Part shown: piece by piece, positions 54,901 through 64,000 of the stretch
Position numbering within the stretch: position 1 is the stretch's first letter
How the letters are laid out: every line of letters begins with the position of its first letter
NCBI GenBank assembly: GCA_051362555.1
Contig: CM120646.1
Coordinates: 8,990,001-9,054,000, forward strand
DNA: 64,000 nt
Direction of reading: 5' to 3'
DNA from: Lingula anatina
Lineage: Eukaryota > Animalia > Brachiopoda
Program-made: the position numbers and the translations under genes
The notes under the pieces: generated by a model
The model's input: the letters and a program-made list of their open reading frames with translations, nothing else
What the model was told of the DNA's origin: nothing
The model's database searches: none

Positions 54901-57900
54901 AGTTGACAGTGTGTGATAGAATTGTAGTTGTTTGACATATTGTATGCGAAGAGTGAGAATTATCTAAAATATTTTTTTTTTCAATTTCACAACATCTAAT
55001 TAGACTCACATTAAACATCAAATATCATGATTTGAGTTTGTTTGTGTAAGAGGTGACAAATTACCCATAATTTTCCTCTGGAAAAGAATATATACCCATT
55101 TAAGACATCTCCTTACTACCAATACCAGATGCAGATTCCTCCTTACAATCGGTTTCTGGAATAGGGTTTAGCACACCATTTGACAATGTCCTAAAGCTTG
55201 CCATATACCATCTATTGTACACATGGATGAGACATAGCATTGCTCTTGCTGTTGTCTTTTGCTGTCTGTTTTTTCTAAAGGAATTAGCCCTGACCAGACA
55301 GGAAGAATCAGTTCACCAAAAAAGCCATCACGCTGTATGGAAAAGGTTACCTGGAAAAAGAACAATATCTTTGATAAAAGTGAAAATTAAATTCTAAAAA
55401 TTGACAAATTTCCCACACTAAAATAGATGAACAATAATTTTGATAAACGTAACCTAAACAGTTGACTATGACTAATAAAAAGGATATTTTCAGAACATAT
55501 AAATTTGAGAAATACTGAAAATGACATTGAAAAGACTGCCAAATGCGGTGCCTTAAAATAGTTAAATGTTAATAATTTTCACAAATCTTGTCTAATATTT
55601 GTGAAATTTGGATAGATGATGCATAACAACAATAAAAATCTGTGATAAGCTCATCAGTTGACTGTGTCTCATGAAAAACATTTTTCAGAGCAAATAAATG
55701 TGAGAAAACTGAAAATAAAACTGAAAAGACTGCCAAATTCCATGGTATAAAATAGTTAAACATTAATATTTTTCACAAATCTTCTCCAATATTTGTGGAA
55801 TTGGGAGTGATGATGCTTAACAATTATAAAAATCTGTGATTAGCTCATCAGTTTACTGTGTTTCAAGAAAAACATTTTTGAGAGCATATAAATGTGAGAA
55901 AACTGAAAATGACATTGCAAAGACTGCAAAATTCCATGGCTTAAAATAGTTAAATGTTAATAATTTTCACAAATCTTGTCTAATATTTGTGAAATTTGGA
56001 TAGATGATGCATAACAACAATAAAAATCTGTGATAAGCTCATCAGTTGACTGTGTTTCATGAAAAACATTTTTCAGAGCAAATAAATGTGAGAAAACTGA
56101 AAATAAAACTGAAAAGACTGCCAAATTCCATGGTATAAAATAGTTAAACATTAATATTTTTCACAAATCTTGTCCAATATTTGTGGAATTGGGAGTGATG
56201 ATGCTTAACAATAATAAAAATCTGTGATTAGCTCATCAGTTTACTGTTTCATGAAAAACATTTTTGAGAGCATATAAATGTGAGAAAACTGAAAATGACA
56301 TTGCAAAGACTGCAAATTTCCATGGCTTAAAATAGTTAAATGTTAATAATTTTCACAAATCTTGTCTAATATTTGTGGAATTTGGAGAGATGATGCTTAA
56401 CAATAATACAAGTCTGTGATAAGCTCATCAGTTTACTGTGTCTCATGAAAAACATTTTTTTATTTGGACAATAAATTTGAGAAAACTGAAAATAACACTG
56501 AAACGACTGCCAAATTCCATGGCTTAAAATAGTTAAACGTTAATAATTTTTACAAATCTTGTCTAATATTTATGAAATTTGGAAAGATGATGCATAACAA
56601 TAATAAAAATCTGCGATAAGCTCATCAGTTGAATGTGTCTCATGAAAAAGAATTTTCAGAGCATATAAATGTGAAAAAACTGAAAATGACATTGCAAAGA
56701 CTGCAAAATTCAATGGCTTAGAATAGTTAAACGTTAATAATTTTCACAAAACATGTTCAATATTTGTGAAATTTGGAGAGATGATGCTTAACAATATCAA
56801 AAATCTGTGATAAGTTTAACAGTTGACAGTGTGTGATAGAATTGTAGTTGTTTGACATATTGTATGCGAAGAGTGAGAATTATCTAAAATATTTTTTTTT
56901 CAATTTCACAACATCTAATTAGACTCACATTAAACATCAAATATCATGATTTGAGTTTGTTTGTGTAAGAGGTGACAAATTACCCATAATTTTCCTCTGG
57001 AAAAGAATATATACCCATTTAAGACATCTCCTTACTACCAATACCAGATGTAGACTCCTCCTTACAATCGGTTTCTGGAATAGGGTTTAGCACACCATTT
57101 GACAATGTCCTAAAGCTTGCCATATACCATCTATTGTACACATGGATGAGACATAGCATTGTTCTTGCTGTTGTCTTTTGCTGTCTGTTTTTTCTACAGG
57201 AATTAGCCCTGACCAGACAGGAAGAATCAGTTCACCAAAAAAGCCATCACGCTGTATGGAAAAGGTCACCTGGAAAAAGAACAACATGTTTGATAAAAGT
57301 GAAAACTAAATTCTAAAGATTGACAAATTTCCCACACTAAAAAGGTTGAACAATAATTTTGATAAACTTAACCTAAACAGTTGACTATGACTAATAAAAA
57401 GGATATTTTCAGAACATATAAATTTGAGAAATACTTAAAATGACATTGAAAAGACTGCCAAATGCGGTGCCTTAAAATAGTTAAACGTTAATAATTTTCA
57501 CAAATCTTGTCTAATATTTGTGAAATTTGGATAGATGATGCATAACAACAATAAAAATCTATGATAAGCTCAACAGTTGACTGTCTCATAAAAAATATTT
57601 TTTTGGACAATAAAATTGAGAAAACTGAAAATGACATTGAAAAGACTGCAAAATTCCATGGCTTAAAATAGTTAAACGTTAATAATTTTCACAAATCTTG
57701 TCCAATATTTTTCAAATTTGGACAGATGATGCATAGCAATAATAAAAGTCTGTGATAAGCTCATCAGTTTACTGTGTCTCATGAAAAATATTTTTTTTTT
57801 TTTTGGACAATAAATTTGAGAAAACTGAAAATAACACTGAAACGACTGCCAAATTCCATGGCTTAAAATAGTTAAACGTTAATAATTTTTACAAATCTTG

Positions 57901-60900
57901 TCTAATATTTATGAAATTTGGAAAGATGATGCATAACAATAATAAAAATCTGCGATAAGCTCATCAGTTGAATGTGTCTCATTAAAAAGAATTTTCAGAG
58001 CATATAAATGTGAAAAAACTGAAAATAAAACTGAAAAGACTGCCAAATTCCATGGTATAAAATAGTTAAACATTAATATTTTTCACAAATCTTCTCCAAT
58101 ATTTGTGGAATTGGGAGTGATGATGCTTAACAATAATAAAAATCTGTGATTAGCTCATCAGTTTACTGTGTTTCATGAAAAACATTTTTGAGAGCATATA
58201 AATGTGAGAAAACTGAAAATGACATTGCAAAGACTGCAAAATTCCATGGCTTAAAATAGTTAAACGTTAATAATTTTCACAAATCTTGTCTAATATTTGT
58301 GGAATTTGGAGAGATGATACTAAACAATAATAAAAATCTGTGATAAGCTCATCAGTTAACTGTGTCTCATGAAAAACATTTTTTTTTTTTTTTTTTGGAC
58401 AATAAATTTGAGAAAACTGAAAATAACACTGAAACGACTGCCAAATTCCATGGCTTAAAATAGTTAAACGTTAATAATTTTTACAAATCTTGTCTAATAT
58501 TTATGAAATTTGGACAGATGATGCATAACAATAATAAAAATCTGCGATAAGCTCATCAGTTGAATGTGTCTCATTAAAAAGAATTTTCAGAGCATATAAA
58601 TGTGAAAAAACTGAAAATGACATTGCAAAGACTGCAAAATTCAATGGCTTAGAATAGTTAAACGTTAATAATTTTCACAAAACATGTTCAATATTTGTGA
58701 AATTTGGAGAGATGATGCTTAACAATATCAAAAATCTGTGATAAGTTTAACAGTTGACAGTGTGTGATAGAATTGTAGTTGTTTGACATATTGTATGCAA
58801 AGAGTGAGAATTATCTAAAATATTTTTTTTTTCGATTTCACAACATCTAATTAGACTCACATTAAACATCAAATATCATGATTTGAGTTTGTTTGTGTAA
58901 GAGGTGACAAATTACCCATAATTTTCCTCTGGAAAAGAATATATACCCATTTAAGACATCTCCTTACTACCAATACCAGATGCAGATTCCTCCTTACAAT
59001 CGGTTTCTGGAATAGGGTTTAGCACACCATTTGACAATGTCCTAAAGCTTGCCATATACCATCTATTGTACACATGGATGAGACATAGCATTGCTCTTGC
59101 TGTTGTCTTTTGCTGTCTGTTTTTTCTAAAGGAATTAGCCCTGACCAGACAGGAAGAATCAGTTCACCAAAAAAGCCATCACGCTGTATGGAAAAGGTTA
59201 CCTGGAAAAAGAACAATATCTTTGATAAAAGTGAAAATTAAATTCTAAAAATTGACAAATTTCCCACACTAAAATAGATGAACAATAATTTTGATAAACG
59301 TAACCTAAACAGTTGACTATGACTAATAAAAAGGATATTTTCAGAACATATAAATTTGAGAAATACTGAAAATGACATTGAAAAGACTGCCAAATGCGGT
59401 GCCTTAAAATAGTTAAATGTTAATCATTTTCACAAATCTTGTCTAATATTTGTGAAATTTGGATAGATGATGCATAACAACAATAAAAATCTGTGATAAG
59501 CTCATCAGTTGACTGTGTCTCATGAAAAACATTTTTCAGAGCAAATAAATGTGAGAAAACTGAAAATAAAACTGAAAAGACTGCCAAATTCCATGGTATA
59601 AAATAGTTAAACATTAATATTTTTCACAAATCTTCTCCAATATTTGTGGAATTGGGAGTGATGATGCTTAACAATTATAAAAATCTGTGATTAGCTCATC
59701 AGTTTACTGTGTTTCATGAAAAACATTTTTGAGAGCATATAAATGTGAGAAAACTGAAAATGACATTGCAAAGACTGCAAAATTCCATGGCTTAAAATAG
59801 TTAAATGTTAATAATTTTCACAAATCTTGTCTAATATTTGTGAAATTTGGATAGATGATGCATAACAACAATAAAAATCTGTGATAAGCTCATCAGTTGA
59901 CTGTGTTTCATGAAAAACATTTTTCAGAGCAAATAAATGTGAGAAAACTGAAAATAAAACTGAAAAGACTGCCAAATTCCATGGTATAAAATAGTTAAAC
60001 ATTAATATTTTTCACAAATCTTGTCCAATATTTGTGGAATTGGGAGTGATGATGCTTAACAATAATAAAAATCTGTGATTAGCTCATCAGTTTACTGTTT
60101 CATGAAAAACATTTTTGAGAGCATATAAATGTGAGAAAACTGAAAATGACATTGCAAAGACTGCAAATTTCCATGGCTTAAAATAGTTAAATGTTAATAA
60201 TTTTCACAAATCTTGTCTAATATTTGTGGAATTTGGAGAGATGATGCTTAACAATAATACAAGTCTGTGATAAGCTCATCAGTTTACTGTGTCTCATGAA
60301 AAACATTTTTTTATTTGGACAATAAATTTGAGAAAACTGAAAATAACACTGAAATGACTGCCAAATTCTATGGCTTAAAATAGTTAAACGTTAATAATTT
60401 TTACAAATCTTGTCTAATATTTATGAAATTTGGACAGATGATGCATAACAATAATAAAAATCTGCAATAAGCTCATCAGTTGAATGTGTCTCATTAAAAA
60501 GAATTTTCAGAGCATATAAATGTGAAAAAACTGAAAATCACATTGAAAAGACTGCAAAATTCCATGGCTTAGAATAGTTAAACGTTAATAATTTTCACAA
60601 AACATGTTCAATATTTGTGAAATTTGGAGAGATGATGCTTAACAATATCAAAAATCTGTGATAAGTTTAACAGTTGACAGTGTGTGATAGAATTGTAGTT
60701 GTTTGACATATTGTATGCGAAGAGTGAGAATTATCTACAATATTTTTTTTTTCAATTTCACAACATCTATTTAGAATCACATTAAACATCAAATATTATG
60801 ATTTGAGTTTGTTTGTGTAAGAGGTGAGAAATTACCCATAATTTTCCTCTGGAAAAGAATATATACCCATTTAAGACATCTCCTTACTACCAATACCAGA

Positions 60901-63900
60901 TGCAGATTCCTCCTTACAATCGGTTTCTGGAATTGAGGTTTAGCACACCATTTGACAATGTCCTAAAGCTTGCCATATACCATCTATTGTACACATGGAT
61001 GAGACATAGCATTGTTCTTGCTGTTGTCTTTTGCTGTCTGTTTTTTCTATAGGAATTAGCCCTGACCAGACAGGAAGAATCAGTTCACCAAAAAAGCCAT
61101 CACGCTGTATGGAAAAGGTCACCTGGAAAAAGAACAACATGTTTGATAAAAGTGAAAACTAAATTCTAAAGATTGACAAATTTCCCACACTAAAAAAGTT
61201 GAACAATAATTTTGATAAACTTAACCTAAACAGTTGACTATGACTAATAAAAAGGATATTTTCAGAACATATAAATTTGAGAAATACTTAAAATGACATT
61301 GAAAAGACTGCCAAATGCGGTGCCTTAAAATAGTTAAACGTTAATAATTTTCACAAATCTTGTCTAATATTTGTGAAATTTGGATAGATGATGCATAACA
61401 ACAATAAAAATCTGTGATAAGCTCAACAGTTGACTGTCTCATAAAAAATATTTTTTTGGACAATAAAATTGAGAAAACTGAAAATGACATTGAAAAGACT
61501 GCAAAATTCCATGGCTTAAAATAGTTAAACGTTAATCATTTTCACAAATCTTGTCTAATATTTGTGAATTTGGATAGATGATGCATAACAACAATAAAAA
61601 TCTGTGATAAGCTCATCAGTTGACTGTGTCTCATTAAAAAGGTTTTTTTTGGACAATAAATTTGAGAAAATTGAAAATGACACTGAGAAGACTGCAAAAG
61701 GCGGTGCCTTAAAATAGTTAAACGTTAATAATTTTCACAAAACATGTTCAATATTTGTGAAATTTGGAGAGATGATGTTTAACAATATCAAAAATCTGTG
61801 ATAAGTTTAACAGTTGACAGTGTGTGATAGAATTGTAGTTGTTTGACATATTGTATGCGAAGAGTGAGAATTATCTACAATATTTTTTTTTTCAATTTCA
61901 CAACATCTAATTAGACTCACATTAAACATCAAATATTATGATTTGAGTTTGTTTGTGTAAGAGGTGACAAATTACCCATAATTTTCCTCTGGAAAAGAAT
62001 ATATACCCATTTAAGACATCTCCTTACTACCAATACCAGATGCAGATTCCTCCTTACAATCGGTTTCTGGAATAGGGTTTACCACACCATTTGACAATGT
62101 CCTAAAGCTTGCCATATACCATCTATTGTACACATGGATGAGACATAGCATTGCTCTTGCTGTTGTCTTTTGCTGTCTGTTTTTTCTATAGGAATTAGCC
62201 CTGACCAGACAGGAAGAATCAGTTCACCAAAAAAGCCATCACGCTGTATGGAAAAGGTTACCTGGAAAAAGAACAATATGTTTGATAAAAGTGAAAATTA
62301 AATTCTAAAAATTGACAAATTTCCCACACTAAAATAGATGAACAATAATTTTGATAAACGTAACCTAAACAGTTGACTATGACTAATAAAAAGGATATTT
62401 TCAGAACATATAAATTTGAGAAATACTGAAACTGACATTGCAAAGACTGCCAAATGCGGTGCCTTAAAATAGTTAAATGTTAATAATTTTCACAAATCTT
62501 GTCTAATATTTGTGAAATTTGGATAGATGATGCATAACAACAATAAAAATCTGTGATAAGCTCATCATTTGACTGTGTCTCATGAAAAACATTTTTCAGA
62601 GCAAATATATGTGAGAAAACTGAAAATAAAACTGAAAAGACTGCCAAATTCCATGGTATAAAATAGTTAAACATTAATATTTTTCACAAATCTTCTCCAA
62701 TATTTGTGGAATTGGGAGTGATGATGCTTAACAATAATAAAAACCTGTGATTAGCTCATCAGTTTACTGTGTTTCATGAAAAACATTTTTGAGAGCATAT
62801 AAAAGTGAGAAAACTGAAAATGACATTGCAAAGACTGCAAAATTCCATGGCTTAAAATAGTTAAATGTTAATAATTTTCACAAATCTTGTCTAATATTTG
62901 TGAAATTTGGATAGATGATGCATAACAACAATAAAAATCTGTGATAAGCTCATCAGTTGACTGTGTCTCATGAAAAACATTTTTCAGAGCAAATAAATGT
63001 GAGAAAACTGAAAATAAAACTGAAAAGACTGCCAAATTCCATGGTATAAAATAGTTAAACATTAATATTTTTCACAAATCTTGTCTAATATTTGTGGAAT
63101 TTGGAGAGATGATGCTTAACAATAATAAAAATCTGTGATTAGCTCATCAGTTTACTGTGTTTCATGAAAAACATTTTTGAGAGCATATAAACGTGAGAAA
63201 ACTGAAAATGACATTGCAAAGACTGCAAAATTCCATGGCTTAAAATAGTTAAACGTTAATAATTTTCACAAATCTTCAATAATAAAAATCTGTGATAAGC
63301 TCATCAGTTGACTGTGTCTCATTAAAAAGGTTTTTTTGGACAATAAATTTGAGAAAATTGAAAATGACACTGAGAAGACTGCAAAAGGCAGTGCCTTAAA
63401 ATAGTTAAACGTTAATAATTTTCACAAAACATGTTCAATATTTGTGAAATTTGGAGAGATGATGCTTAACAATATCAAAAATCTGTGATAAGTTTAACAG
63501 TTGACAGTGTGTGATAGAATTGTAGTTGTTTGACATATTGTATGCGAAGAGTGAGAATTATCTAAAATTTTTTTTTTTCAATTTCACAACATCTTATTAG
63601 ACTCACATTAAACATCAAATATTATGATTTGAGTTTGTTTGTGTAAGAGGTGACAAATTACCCATAATTTTCCTCTGGAAAAGAATATATACCCATTTAA
63701 GACATCTCCTTACTACCAATACCAGATGCAGATTCCTCCTTACAATCGGTTTCTGGAATAGGGTTTAGCACACCATTTGACAATGTCCTAAAGCTTGCCA
63801 TATACCATCTATTGTACACATGGATGAGACATAGCATTGTTCTTGCTGTTGTCTTTTGCTGTCTGTTTTTTCTATAGGAATTAGCCCTGACCAGACAGGA

Positions 63901-64000
63901 AGAATCAGTTCACCAAAAAAGCCATCACGCTGTATGGAAAAGGTCACCTGGAAAAAGAACAACATGTTTGATAAAAGTGAAAACTAAATTCTAAAGATTG

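Larger units (their letters stand above)
29419..64000. repeat. Composite macrosatellite, right domain; continues beyond the window end
   Basis: Same monomer and cassette. Cassette positions: 30414, 32333, 34252, 36171, 36926, 39624, 41543, 43462, 45381, 47300, 49219, 51138, 53052, 55168, 57087, 59019, 60940, 62079, 63765. Confidence 0.97.

Noticed and set aside
1-64000. CRISPR-like repeat-spacer array
   Set aside because: The repeats are 194 bp, the intervening cassettes are near-identical rather than unique, no cas genes are present, and the DNA looks eukaryotic.

Overview
This window is very AT-rich eukaryotic repetitive DNA, probably from an invertebrate animal, with no recognisable intact gene, rRNA, tRNA or CRISPR array. 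About 96% of it is one head-to-tail composite macrosatellite. Each unit is a ~560-bp largely non-satellite cassette plus a variable number of 194-bp satellite monomers, so unit length is about 755 + n x 194 bp. I count 36 full cassette cores and 3 broken ones. The cassette holds a more GC-rich, exon-like segment on the minus strand: a splice acceptor followed by 60 codons and TAA. Nearly all ORFs in the track are repeated copies of this segment, of its antisense frame, or of chance frames in the monomer. One ~2.4-kb non-autonomous Helentron-type element (HINE/DINE-1-like) interrupts the array at 27009-29418. It has 11-bp subterminal inverted repeats, a hairpin, a microsatellite and ~160-bp central repeats. 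It separates a heterogeneous left domain from a recently homogenised right domain built on a 1919-bp higher-order repeat. The 194-bp monomer itself resembles a HINE-type central repeat. The best candidate for something new is an amplified exon-like cassette carried inside a Helentron-derived satellite, but the sequence alone cannot show that it has a function.
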